A DNA stretch of 64,000 nt from a virus: the IMG/VR virus record IMGVR_UViG_3300042673_002246, one strand, 5' to 3'. The position numbers and the translations under genes are program-made. Shown one piece after another: positions 48,064 through 57,634 of this stretch; the first letter of the stretch is position 1, and every line of letters starts with the position of its first letter. The notes under the pieces were generated by a model that was given only the letters and a program-made list of their open reading frames with translations, had not been told where the DNA came from and searched no databases.

Positions 48064-48702
48064 GTGGAGCAATACGTTGACGATTTCGGCAAGATGGCCT
48101 TAGCCCTGACGTCGGCCCAGTTGGCTAAAGATGTTGCCATTTCCGAGCACGGAATCGGAGAGGACGTGGCTACACACTTTCTTGGATGGTCTCCAAAGTA
48201 CTTAATGCTTATTGCCCAGATGAAGCAGTCTGTCACCAATCTCCCACACGAAATAAAATTTGAAAAGTGTAAAGAATTATGCGAGTTAATGCGAAAATAC
48301 TGGGGTATTGCGTCGCTGACGATGGTGGCTGAGGGGTACTGCTCCTACGACGCAGCACAGACCAAAGGGTCCAGTCTTGCAGCCGCATTCGTGGACAGGG
48401 ACAACTCTGTGTCTGAGTGCATAACGATAAGCCATGCCTCTATTGACGATTCAGACTCGGTAACGCCGGTTTCGATGGTCGCCGCACCATATTCCGTTTC
48501 AATAGGTAAAAAAGTTGATTGGGCAGAAATGCTCTTTTACCCAGAAAAAGCAGACAAATACCTAAAACAGGCGAAATATCCGCAGATGATAAGAAATTCG
48601 TTAATGGGGAACGTGGTCGATGAAGTGAGCCAGGGGCAAATCATGCGGGTTAGGGATGAAATAGACGAACTTGGCTTTTTAATTCAAGATTTTACTGTTT
48701 AA
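48064..48702 (+). CDS. hypothetical protein
   Basis: ORF. Confidence 0.6.
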   Translation: MEQYVDDFGKMALALTSAQLAKDVAISEHGIGEDVATHFLGWSPKYLMLIAQMKQSVTNLPHEIKFEKCKELCELMRKYWGIASLTMVAEGYCSYDAAQTKGSSLAAAFVDRDNSVSECITISHASIDDSDSVTPVSMVAAPYSVSIGKKVDWAEMLFYPEKADKYLKQAKYPQMIRNSLMGNVVDEVSQGQIMRVRDEIDELGFLIQDFTV

Positions 48703-48724
48703 ATATTAGGTATAATTAAATATT

Positions 48725-49054
48725 ATGGGAGCTTTTTACGATAGTCCTGCATTTGGAGACGGCTCCAAGGGGGAAGTAGAAATAATTGCAGGCGTAAAGA
48801 TTCACCGAGCGAGCCGTCAACCATGCCCAGTTTGTGGTCATCCGACCGGTGATTGTAGTGGAGAATCTGGGCCACCAAAAACTATTTTTGGTTACAACAC
48901 GAATTCATCACTAGATGACAATTTGACTTTTTATGTTGAAGAAGATTATGTTGAGGAACACGAAATAGCACCAGGCGTTACAACGAAAACAATAATTTAT
49001 CGAGCTGGACAACACATTCCATTAAATACAGCAAAAGAGCTCGGACTAATTTAA
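48725..49054 (+). CDS. hypothetical protein
   Basis: TATAAT just upstream (leaderless); CPVCGHPTGDC. Confidence 0.6.
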   Translation: MGAFYDSPAFGDGSKGEVEIIAGVKIHRASRQPCPVCGHPTGDCSGESGPPKTIFGYNTNSSLDDNLTFYVEEDYVEEHEIAPGVTTKTIIYRAGQHIPLNTAKELGLI

Positions 49055-49152
49055 TTTTTTCCACGACGCTGGACCATTTCAGTATTTTTTTTTCGGCTAC
49101 ACTCTTTTCTCTTATACGCTCACCGCACCACACAGTAAGGAATTAAATTAAA

Positions 49153-51081
49153 ATGTCTATTCTTGACCCATCTTTCATCGCAAGTTACGCAGATAAAAAA
49201 ACACCATGGGGTTTCGGTGGTTTGGGCGAGGTTGTATACCTGCGCACATACAGCCGCCCAGTCGATGGAACTGGTCGCAATGAGACGTGGACCGAAACAA
49301 TTACCCGCGCAATTAATGGCGCAATTGAAATTGGCGTTCCATTTACGCCAGAGGAAGCAGAAAAGCTTTTTGACCACATGTTCAACCTGCGTTGCTCGCT
49401 TTCTGGGCGTGCTCTTTGGCAACTTGGCACACCGCTTGTCAAGAAGTTCAATGCAACTTCTTTGAATAATTGTTACTTCACAAATATTGAATCGATTGAA
49501 GATTTTGAATTGCTGTTTGAATACCTGATGCTGGGTGGCGGCGTTGGATTCTCGGTAGAGCGCTCGAAGATTCACGAGCTACCAAAAGTTAAGCCAGGCG
49601 TCGTCATCACTCACGAGCGGTCAAATGACGCAGACATTATCGTTCCTGACTCTCGTCAAGGATGGAAGCGACTCCTTCATGCAGTTCTTAAGTCATACTT
49701 TGATACTGGCAAGTCTTTTTCATACTCGACAATTTTAATTCGTGAATATGGCGCGCCATTGAAGACGTTCGGCGGTACCGCATCTGGTCCAGGCGCATTA
49801 ATTGACGGAGTTGCCGACATATGCAAGGTAATGCAGAATCGCGAGGGCAAGAAGCTTCGTTCAATTGACGTGCTCGACATTTGCAACATCATTGGTCGCA
49901 TCGTTGTTTCTGGTTCATCACGTCGTTCAGCACAGATTGCAATTGGTGACCCAGACGACGTTCTGTTTATTCGAGCAAAGAACTGGTCAACTGGCAGCGT
50001 TCCAGCGTGGCGTGCTAACTCCAACAACTCCATCTATGCAGATGCGTACGAAGAAATCATGACAGAACTCTGGAAGGGTTACGACGGCTCAGGCGAGCCA
50101 TACGGTCTTGTTAATCGCAAGCTTGCAAGGAATTATGGCCGACTAGGCGAAAGAATGGTCGACAATAGCATTGAGGGCTTCAATCCGTGTGCGGAAATTG
50201 CCCTCGCAGATGGCGAGTCATGCAATCTAGCCACAATATTTTTGCCAAATGTCGAATCACTTGAACAGCTAAAAGAAATATCAATGTTGCTATACAAGGT
50301 GCAGAAACAGATAACCAGGCTTGACTACCCATACGCAAAGACAACCGAGATTGTTCGCAAGAACGCAAGACTCGGCCAGAGCGTCACTGGAATCTTGCAG
50401 GTGGAGCAGGAAAAGATTGAGTGGCTTGATAAGGCGTATATAAATCTCCGTGAATTTGATAAAAAGTACTCGGCAGAAAATAATTGGCCAGAATCGGTTC
50501 GCCTTACAACAGTTCAGCCATCTGGTACCTTGGCGCTGCTCCCAGGCAACACGCCTGGTATACATCCAGGATTTGCGCAGTACTACATCCGACGTGTGCG
50601 CTTTGGTTCATCAGACCCATTGGTCGATGGTTGCCGTAAGCGCGGTTATAAAGTTCAGTGGGATATCGGAATTGACGGTCGCGAAGACCACACTAAATAT
50701 GTGGTTGATTTTCCGTGCGAATCGCCAGAGGGCGCAGTTCTTGCCGCAAGCATGACAGCAGTTGAGCAGCTTGAATGGGTGAAGAAGATGCAAACCGTAT
50801 GGGCAGACAACGCTGTGTCCGTAACCGTCTACTATCGCAAGGAAGAGCTCGATTCAATCAAAGAATGGTTATCCAAGAACTACGACAAGGGCGTCAAATC
50901 GGTGTCGTTTCTTTTGCACAGCGACCACAACTTCCCGCTTCCGCCATACGAAGAAATCACCAAAGAGGAATACCAAAAACTGATATCAAAAATAGATTTT
51001 TCAATTCCTTTGGTGCAAAATTCCTTTGACGGACTGCTTGCGCTTGATGATTGTGCTACTGGTGCTTGTCCTGTAAAGTAA
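49153..51081 (+). CDS. nrdJ: class II (adenosylcobalamin) ribonucleotide reductase, monomeric type
   Basis: RTYSR, NNC, GGGVG, NPCAEI, TTVQPSGT, C-terminal CATGAC. Confidence 0.9.
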   Translation: MSILDPSFIASYADKKTPWGFGGLGEVVYLRTYSRPVDGTGRNETWTETITRAINGAIEIGVPFTPEEAEKLFDHMFNLRCSLSGRALWQLGTPLVKKFNATSLNNCYFTNIESIEDFELLFEYLMLGGGVGFSVERSKIHELPKVKPGVVITHERSNDADIIVPDSRQGWKRLLHAVLKSYFDTGKSFSYSTILIREYGAPLKTFGGTASGPGALIDGVADICKVMQNREGKKLRSIDVLDICNIIGRIVVSGSSRRSAQIAIGDPDDVLFIRAKNWSTGSVPAWRANSNNSIYADAYEEIMTELWKGYDGSGEPYGLVNRKLARNYGRLGERMVDNSIEGFNPCAEIALADGESCNLATIFLPNVESLEQLKEISMLLYKVQKQITRLDYPYAKTTEIVRKNARLGQSVTGILQVEQEKIEWLDKAYINLREFDKKYSAENNWPESVRLTTVQPSGTLALLPGNTPGIHPGFAQYYIRRVRFGSSDPLVDGCRKRGYKVQWDIGIDGREDHTKYVVDFPCESPEGAVLAASMTAVEQLEWVKKMQTVWADNAVSVTVYYRKEELDSIKEWLSKNYDKGVKSVSFLLHSDHNFPLPPYEEITKEEYQKLISKIDFSIPLVQNSFDGLLALDDCATGACPVK

Positions 51082-51093
51082 TAGGCCACGCAG

Positions 51094-51170
51094 GCGTTGG
51101 TAGCTCAATCGGATAGAGCAACAGACTTCTAATCTGTAGGTTGTAGGTTCGAGTCCTACCCGACGCGCCA
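51094..51170 (+). tRNA. tRNA-Arg(TCT)
   Basis: Cloverleaf with encoded CCA. Confidence 0.92.
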
Positions 51171-51185
51171 TCAAACACATCAATC

Positions 51186-51884
51186 ATGGAGGCTGCAATG
51201 GAAGTGAAAGAAAGAAAAATTGATGAGTTTGGGTTTGTGCGTCTAGACGCACATATGGCCGACGATATGTCGGTTGTCAATGCAGCACGTGTATCTTTTG
51301 CACGACACCAAGAGGAGCTTGATGAAGCAGCAAAAGGATTGATAAATTTCTTAATGCGCGAAAGACATGGCACTCCTTTTGAGCACAATGCATTTAGATT
51401 CCATATTAAGTGTCCAATATTTGTTGCTAGGGAATGGTTTAGGCACAGAATAGGTTCATTTAATGAATTTTCAGCTCGATACAGTATGGTCAACGATGAG
51501 TTTTTCGTTCCTGCAGAGCACGATGTGAGAACTCAGGTTGGAAAACCGGGCGCATACCACTTTGACCCCGTTGAAAAAGATGTCGCCGATAGAACTATTG
51601 AAAGAATTAAAAATATAAACGAAATGGCGTACGGCACCTACAAGGAATTGATTAATGACGGCGTTGCAAAAGAGCTTGCACGAACAGTTTTGCCAATGGG
51701 AATGTACACACAGTTTTATTGGACGGTAAATGCTCGCTCGTTAATGAATTTTTTATCTCTTCGTCTAGACAAGTCTGCACAGGTGGACATTCGCCGATAT
51801 GCAACATGTGTTGAAATTGTTTTGGCTCAAACTATGCCTGTCACGTATAAGGCATGGGTTGAAAATGGAATGGTATGTCCATAG
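51186..51884 (+). CDS. thyX: flavin-dependent thymidylate synthase
   Basis: HGTPFEH, RHRIGSFNEFSARY. Confidence 0.95.
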   Translation: MEAAMEVKERKIDEFGFVRLDAHMADDMSVVNAARVSFARHQEELDEAAKGLINFLMRERHGTPFEHNAFRFHIKCPIFVAREWFRHRIGSFNEFSARYSMVNDEFFVPAEHDVRTQVGKPGAYHFDPVEKDVADRTIERIKNINEMAYGTYKELINDGVAKELARTVLPMGMYTQFYWTVNARSLMNFLSLRLDKSAQVDIRRYATCVEIVLAQTMPVTYKAWVENGMVCP

Positions 51885-51916
51885 TTGATTGAAGGTGTAA
51901 AAATTAACCATATTTT

Positions 51917-51992
51917 TGGCGAGTAGCTCAGTTGGCAGAGCAAGGGACTGTTAATCCCTGGGTCGTAGGTTCGAGCCCTACCTCGCCAGCCA
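51917..51992 (+). tRNA. tRNA-Asn(GTT)
   Basis: Cloverleaf with CCA. Confidence 0.92.
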
Positions 51993-52055
51993 TTATGTGG
52001 ATTATTTAATTGTTTCCGATAGGGTACATCTAAACCACAAATTTAAAGGAAAATC

Positions 52056-52832
52056 ATGAGAAACATGAAGAAGATAGTTGTAGTTGCCGCCCTTTTGTTT
52101 GCAACGCTCGGCTCTAGTGAGGCAACCGCTCAAGATTGCGGCGAATACACAGAAGCTCCATCATCATTGGCCCCCTCAATGATTACGATTATTGATACAG
52201 AAGTTGGAACCGATGCATATCAACGATTGGTTGCTTACAGTAATGGTGGGCACAAGGCTCTGGGAATGGCGATTGCTGGTTTCTATAACTACCTTGATAA
52301 GTGCCAGTACGTAGGCATTGGCATCGGAGACGGAAGTGGTGGTAATGGCTTTCGCCCGAATTACACACTAGCTATTTGGTACGAAGGTATTGATTTGTCC
52401 GTGGCTCGTTCTGCTATTTACTCCCTTATTGGAGCCAGCGCGAATCCAGTTGTGAGTAATGGTGATTGCAATATCTCATGTGACGGAACGACTGGTCGTC
52501 AGTTTGATGGCACCATTGCTACTTCCACCACTACGACGAACATTCCCGAGACGACCACCACTACGACGACAATTATTCCGCAAGTTATTGTGCCCGTTGC
52601 TCCTCCAAGGCCAGCAGAAGAATTAGATGTTGCTCCAGTTGAAGTACCAACAGTCCCAAGTGAAGCACCAGTAATCGTTGAAACAACGACAACCACCTCC
52701 CTTGCTTCCATGCAAGTAATTGAGTCTGTTTCATTGAGTGTTGCTACTGCAAACAAGGAAGTTGCCAGCAATAAGAAGACTTTGCCCCCTAAGAAGAAGG
52801 CAAAGAAGGTGGTTGTTCAGCGCCGAAAATAA
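52056..52832 (+). CDS. secreted protein with Thr/Pro-rich stalk
   Basis: Signal peptide; poly-Thr runs; basic tail. Confidence 0.65.
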   Translation: MRNMKKIVVVAALLFATLGSSEATAQDCGEYTEAPSSLAPSMITIIDTEVGTDAYQRLVAYSNGGHKALGMAIAGFYNYLDKCQYVGIGIGDGSGGNGFRPNYTLAIWYEGIDLSVARSAIYSLIGASANPVVSNGDCNISCDGTTGRQFDGTIATSTTTTNIPETTTTTTTIIPQVIVPVAPPRPAEELDVAPVEVPTVPSEAPVIVETTTTTSLASMQVIESVSLSVATANKEVASNKKTLPPKKKAKKVVVQRRK

Positions 52833-52842
52833 CATAGGCGTC

Positions 52843-52932
52843 GGAGCGGTGGCAGAGAGGCTTATTGCACCTGTCTTGAAAACAGGAGTCCGTTTGCGCG
52901 GACCGGGGGTTCAAATCCCTCCCGCTCCTCCA
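52843..52932 (+). tRNA. tRNA-Ser(TGA)
   Basis: Long variable arm, CCA. Confidence 0.92.
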
Positions 52933-52938
52933 TATCCA

Positions 52939-53011
52939 GTCTGGGTAGCCCAATGGCAGAGGCACGGCGCTTAGGACGCCGCCAGTGAGAGTTCGAGTCT
53001 CTCTCCAGACA
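52939..53011 (+). tRNA. tRNA-Leu(TAG), short variable loop
   Basis: CGGCG-CTTAGGA-CGCCG arm. Confidence 0.8.
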
Positions 53012-53028
53012 CTATATTTTTAAGGGCT

Positions 53029-53100
53029 GCCCTTGTAGCTCAGTGGTAGAGCACCTCACTTGTAATGAGGTGGCCGTGGGTTCGACTCCCACCGAGGGCT
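53029..53100 (+). tRNA. tRNA-Thr(TGT)
   Basis: Cloverleaf. Confidence 0.9.
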
Positions 53101-53123
53101 CTACTTTTTGCTAGGTTCTATTT

Positions 53124-53906
53124 ATGTCCGTAAAAATCATCAAAAATGTCGATATCGGCAATATTCCGCCTACCCCGGCGATTCCGATTATTGATGATGC
53201 TCGGACCCCGGAAGCCACATCCAACCTTATTGAAATCGCTGGATTCCACGGATATCCAGTAAGTTACCGACAAGAACAGGGTGGGCGACTGATTCAGAAT
53301 ATTGTCCCTGTGCATAAAAACGAAAACCAACAAATATCTACGTCGTCAAAAGTTGAATTATATCTTCATACCGAGACGGCTTTTCACCCGTATAAGCCAA
53401 CACATGTAATTTTGATGTGTTTACGCGGCGACGAAACAGCACTGACAACATACTCCTCCCTTGACGACATAGTCTCCGAGCTTTCTGAAGAGCAGATAAA
53501 TGTTCTCCGAACTCCAAACTTCACAACTTCATTGGATGACAGCTTCATGATGGATGGGGAACCGGATTTTACTCTCGGAATAACTCCTCTTTCTCGCGAC
53601 AAAGCCGGCCATGATGTATTCACATTTGATTGGGCGTTAATGAGAGGTAAGACCACAGAAGCGCAATCGACTCTTTCCGCTGTTCGTGATGCAATATCAA
53701 AGACCACAAAAGAAGTGGCGCTCAAGTCTGGTGAAGTTATGGTTATAGACAACAGAGTTGCTGTACATGGCAGAAAGCCGTTTCAACCAAAATATGATGG
53801 GAGCGATAGGTGGGTGAAGCGAATCCTAACCATAGATAGACTTCCGCCAAGAAAATACATGGACGAACATGTAATTGATTTCGATTTTGAAGAGGAGGCG
53901 ATGTGA
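53124..53906 (+). CDS. TauD/clavaminate-synthase-like Fe(II)/2OG dioxygenase
   Basis: LHTETAF (HxE), IDNRVAVHGR, DRWVKR. Confidence 0.85.
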   Translation: MSVKIIKNVDIGNIPPTPAIPIIDDARTPEATSNLIEIAGFHGYPVSYRQEQGGRLIQNIVPVHKNENQQISTSSKVELYLHTETAFHPYKPTHVILMCLRGDETALTTYSSLDDIVSELSEEQINVLRTPNFTTSLDDSFMMDGEPDFTLGITPLSRDKAGHDVFTFDWALMRGKTTEAQSTLSAVRDAISKTTKEVALKSGEVMVIDNRVAVHGRKPFQPKYDGSDRWVKRILTIDRLPPRKYMDEHVIDFDFEEEAM

Positions 53907-53964
53907 GCCTTAAAGAAATAGGTCTCTCCGAAGATTTCGATTTTTTGCGCACACGTTTTTCAGC

Positions 53965-54267
53965 ATGGACCAGAAGACTACGGGTTTATTAGTGCATCCA
54001 CAATATACCACTAGCATGTATCCAATAACGATAAGGCAATCTCGTTATGGTGGGACATATGAGGGCGGCGAGTGGTATGCGTATCACGGAGACATAGAGC
54101 TCGCACAGGGGTATTACGACTACATTGACGGCGATGACTGCGACGCTCTGGATTTTTGGGATTCGGACGACTCAAAATTTTTTGGTATTGGCGACACGCC
54201 GAACCAGGCACTCGAGGATATGTTGGACAGAAATCCAGTTATTCGTACATCTCCCGATTGGGAATAG
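53965..54267 (+). CDS. hypothetical protein
   Basis: ORF; start uncertain. Confidence 0.55.
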   Translation: MDQKTTGLLVHPQYTTSMYPITIRQSRYGGTYEGGEWYAYHGDIELAQGYYDYIDGDDCDALDFWDSDDSKFFGIGDTPNQALEDMLDRNPVIRTSPDWE

Positions 54268-54369
54268 ACAGGTCTTTTCTCATTCTGAGAAATGTTTTTA
54301 GCATTACCGCGACTATTACCGGAGCAAATACAACTGCAGAAACAAACCGGCAGCCCTTCTTGATGTCAA

Positions 54370-54696
54370 TCACCTAAAATCACCACTCCCACTTATCGCC
54401 CCACGCTCTTTCCTGTCGGCAAGTTTCGCAAGATTCTCATGAGCTACATTATCCAGCGTGACATTTAGCTCAAGCGCTAATTGAGAAACATACCAAAGAA
54501 CATCCCCTAGCTCTGATGCTAATTCAAACCGCTTTTCTTCCGTCAGGTGTGAATCATAATCACGAATGACTTTCTTTAGTTTTCCCGCTACTTCCCCAGC
54601 CTCGGAGCAGAGACCAAGAGCTAAGTATTCGAGTGCTTTGCCCTTTGGGTAGATTGCAGTAGAGCTGGTTCGATGTTGGTAGTCGTTAAAATCCAT
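54370..54696 (-). CDS. mazG: MazG-like nucleotide pyrophosphohydrolase
   Basis: LCSEAGEV...ELGDVLWY...NLAKL. Confidence 0.88.
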   Translation of the reverse strand: MDFNDYQHRTSSTAIYPKGKALEYLALGLCSEAGEVAGKLKKVIRDYDSHLTEEKRFELASELGDVLWYVSQLALELNVTLDNVAHENLAKLADRKERGAISGSGDFR

Positions 54697-54926
54697 GATG
54701 GGGCCTATCTATTTTTATGATACTTAACTTTGTTGTATTCATTTTAGTGATTGCAATGCAATAATGATTGCCATGACAGCACTAATAATACTTGGGTTTT
54801 TGGGCATTGTTGCCGGAATATTTCACCTTTTTCTAGTTAGGTCGGTAGACCAGTACACCGCCTATGGTCAGGGCGGCACATTCCGCGAGTGGAATGAATT
54901 CGAGCGACAGAAGCTCAATTTCTAGA

Positions 54927-55535
54927 CTACTTAACGTATATTCCAAGTCTTTCCAGCTCTGTGCCCTCATCGCTAATAAACCTATAACCATCTGGCTTTG
55001 GGTCTGGCTCGTCTTTCCATACAGGAATCATTGAATTGTTCCCATATGCAAAGTCCGGATTTTCTCGCAGGTGAATTTCGATTAGTTTGCCGCCAATAAA
55101 CTCGCAGTTGATTGTTCTGTACTGAAGCGGGATTAACCCTATGAACTGCGGCAGAGGGTGCCATTTATCTGTTTTTTCCCATTTGGTGAATCTCTGATAG
55201 GGGCGCTCTGAATGCTTTGTCCCAACTGTTTTGAGGATTGGCTGATATCCCTTGTAGTCGATGCTTAGATGTTCTCCCTCAAAAACCTCACACCAGAACT
55301 CGCCTGGATGAAGAAGTTCTGTGGTTTTTTCTTCTATGTATATTTTTCTTGCTTTTTCGCCCATACCCTCGATGTTCATCACGGGCTTCACGAAGTACTC
55401 ACCCGGCTTCGGAACGGGGGTTCCACGTGGGCCACAGATATGTCCGGAGAGCCTGGAAACAATTAACTTGTCAAATACCCAGAGGTGTTTTGGGTCGCAG
55501 TTAAGCCATGCTTTTGCTTCTAGTGATTGCTCCAC
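54927..55535 (-). CDS. ATP-grasp-like phage protein
   Basis: YFVKPV.N..GMG; FEGEHLSIDY; INCEFIGGKLIEIHLR. Confidence 0.55.
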   Translation of the reverse strand: MEQSLEAKAWLNCDPKHLWVFDKLIVSRLSGHICGPRGTPVPKPGEYFVKPVMNIEGMGEKARKIYIEEKTTELLHPGEFWCEVFEGEHLSIDYKGYQPILKTVGTKHSERPYQRFTKWEKTDKWHPLPQFIGLIPLQYRTINCEFIGGKLIEIHLRENPDFAYGNNSMIPVWKDEPDPKPDGYRFISDEGTELERLGIYVK

Positions 55536-55537
55536 AT

Positions 55538-55783
55538 TTACGGCTCAATAAAGATGCACTCACCAGGGCACTCTTCGGCAGCTTCAATTACGTCAGATAG
55601 TCTTTCGTCTGCGAAAGAAGCCATTCCTTCCGCTCCTTCCGGGTTCCCCACAGCGGCCGCATAAATCTTGTCCCCTTCGCGCACATACGCAAGACCGTCT
55701 GGCATCATGTGAAAAACATCTGGGGCTATCTCTGCGCATAGTCCATCTCCAGTACATAGGTCTTGGTCAATCCATACTCTCAT
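55538..55783 (-). CDS. fdx: ferredoxin (single cluster, actinobacterial type)
   Basis: IDQDLCTGDGLC...APDVF...AAEECPGECI. Confidence 0.9.
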   Translation of the reverse strand: MRVWIDQDLCTGDGLCAEIAPDVFHMMPDGLAYVREGDKIYAAAVGNPEGAEGMASFADERLSDVIEAAEECPGECIFIEP

Positions 55784-56112
55784 TGCGCAGTTTCTTGTCC
55801 GCAGTAAATCTTTGCTTCATGGAGAACTTCGAACCACTTCTCATCTATGTTCGCGCCGAATTGACTCAGTTCCATGAACAGTCGGTCACCAAGGCCCTTG
55901 TCTGACATGTCCTTAAACAATGCAAAGAACTCATGACTCTTCGTGCTTAGGTGTATATCCTTGCGCGTGAATGGATGTGTAATTCTTATGTGCGCAGCAT
56001 TAAGCATTGGAGTGCAAATGTTGTATTCAGAGTTTTTTGCAGTTGTAAATGCAATCTCTTCGCTGTTCTTTTCCTCACGAACAACTTTTTTCTTCGGGGG
56101 TGCTCCAGCCAT
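55780..56112 (-). CDS. hypothetical protein
   Basis: ORF in operon. Confidence 0.55.
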   Translation of the reverse strand: MAGAPPKKKVVREEKNSEEIAFTTAKNSEYNICTPMLNAAHIRITHPFTRKDIHLSTKSHEFFALFKDMSDKGLGDRLFMELSQFGANIDEKWFEVLHEAKIYCGQETAQ

Positions 56113-56170
56113 TACTTATCCTCCGTAATCGGTCCGCCGGTAACCCATGCCCGGCATGATGTTTCACTTT

Positions 56171-56458
56171 TCACAGTTGCTCCTCGCTATCTGGGATGCC
56201 ATTGCCGTTTTTGTCTTCAGCATTTCTTCCAGTGGAAATCATCAGTCCTGCAAGTGTTCCAGTTATGAAAGTCGCGACGCTCGAAAGCACGCTAAAAAAC
56301 ATTTTATCGTTTTCTGCTTGAGCTCCTATCGGCTGCGTAACGAATACGAGAGCGTACAAAACACCTATAGTTGTTAGTGTTAAAACTGCAGCAAGTACGC
56401 ACCCAACAACAAACTTAAGACGAGCATCAAGGTCCGCTGGTGTGAGTCGTGGTTTCAT
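56171..56458 (-). CDS. two-TM membrane protein (holin-like)
   Basis: Two hydrophobic helices; GGAGG SD. Confidence 0.55.
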   Translation of the reverse strand: MKPRLTPADLDARLKFVVGCVLAAVLTLTTIGVLYALVFVTQPIGAQAENDKMFFSVLSSVATFITGTLAGLMISTGRNAEDKNGNGIPDSEEQL

Positions 56459-56478
56459 ATTTTAATTAACCCTCCTGA

Positions 56479-57009
56479 TTAATCAAGGTTGGAAAAAGAA
56501 CGGACTGGGCGCACAAAGTACAATTGGTCCTTACTAACGTTGTAGCCACTAGACCCACTAGCACCAAAAATCTGCACATGTGCGGTTTCGTATGTGAAGT
56601 TCATTCCTGGAACACCTTGGGTTGAACTCCAGTATGCGCTACCATCATCAAAGCCTCCAACCATGTCTCGATGGGCGTATAGCTGGGCCATCTCGTCATC
56701 GGAAGGCAGGAACCAATCTGTAAATCCATTCCATGAATAACTAGTGCAATATGCTGCTGCGCAGTTGTCCTTTGTATTTCCACTCATTGACGCAATAAGT
56801 TTTGTATTGCTTTCTCCTGTGCCAATTTTGTTTCCCGAAGCACCAGAATCTCCGTATCCAGAAGACCAGGGTATTTGGACGAAATCGGGATTTCTGCATG
56901 GACCTGCTTCAAACCACAAACCAGTAGTATTTCCATGTGTGGTCGGATTGATAAAAATAACTCCACCCGCAGGTCCTTTATCACCGATTCTTAAATGTTC
57001 TATTTTCAT
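56479..57009 (-). CDS. DUF1566 (Lcl C-terminal-like) protein
   Basis: IGDKGPAGGVIF; DWFLPS..E; YWSST; VRPVRSF. Confidence 0.7.
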   Translation of the reverse strand: MKIEHLRIGDKGPAGGVIFINPTTHGNTTGLWFEAGPCRNPDFVQIPWSSGYGDSGASGNKIGTGESNTKLIASMSGNTKDNCAAAYCTSYSWNGFTDWFLPSDDEMAQLYAHRDMVGGFDDGSAYWSSTQGVPGMNFTYETAHVQIFGASGSSGYNVSKDQLYFVRPVRSFSNLD

Positions 57010-57224
57010 GGCGCCGTTGTTACCTCTGGTGAAATCGTATCTACGCTTATTTCGTTCGGGTCCCATCCAAGCAGCGTTTTTGTGCACGCTCCATCTACCT
57101 CGCATATTGGCGGCTTACATTCACTCTTGCCCCAGTTTTCAGGGTCTTGACATTCATATCGGTACTTACCGTCATAGCCGCAAGAAGCAATAAGAAGTGC
57201 AGAAACAAGAATTAACCTTTTCAT
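57006..57224 (-). CDS. small lipoprotein
   Basis: Lipobox LIASC. Confidence 0.65.
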   Translation of the reverse strand: MKRLILVSALLIASCGYDGKYRYECQDPENWGKSECKPPICEVDGACTKTLLGWDPNEISVDTISPEVTTAP

Positions 57225-57622
57225 TTTGTCTTGAATTCATTCCAGGTTTTGTCACCCACACCAAAATATTCACGAGCAAAACCAGATTGGATAATGTCTT
57301 TGTTTAAACAAGCAGTTGTGGGGTCATCTATTTTGTCTGATGAGTAAATTCTTGCCAAAACTCTTCCATATTTATCATTTTTGTCTGGAATAGTGTTTAC
57401 AAAAACCCATTTATGACCATCAAGCCAGTCCTTGGTAAAAGACTTTGCCTTAAGCCCAAGTTCTTTTTCCTTGAGGTCTTTGGTGCGTGACTCTGGTGTA
57501 TTAACGCCATATAGACGAACACGAATTTTATGATGGACACTAAATCCAAGGTCAATCATTAGGTCGACCGTGTCTCCATCAACTACATTGAGTACCGTTG
57601 CCCCATACCAGAATCGTTCCAC
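57221..57622 (-). CDS. thermonuclease (SNase-like)
   Basis: VVDGDTV, VRLYGVNTPE, DKYGRVLA. Confidence 0.85.
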   Translation of the reverse strand: MERFWYGATVLNVVDGDTVDLMIDLGFSVHHKIRVRLYGVNTPESRTKDLKEKELGLKAKSFTKDWLDGHKWVFVNTIPDKNDKYGRVLARIYSSDKIDDPTTACLNKDIIQSGFAREYFGVGDKTWNEFKTK

Positions 57623-57634
57623 GACAAGTTATCC

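Noticed and set aside
49153-51081. Intein or intron in nrdJ
   Set aside because: Length and motifs are continuous with no insertion evident
56479-57009. DUF1566 gene as a diversity-generating retroelement target
   Set aside because: No template repeat or reverse transcriptase in the window
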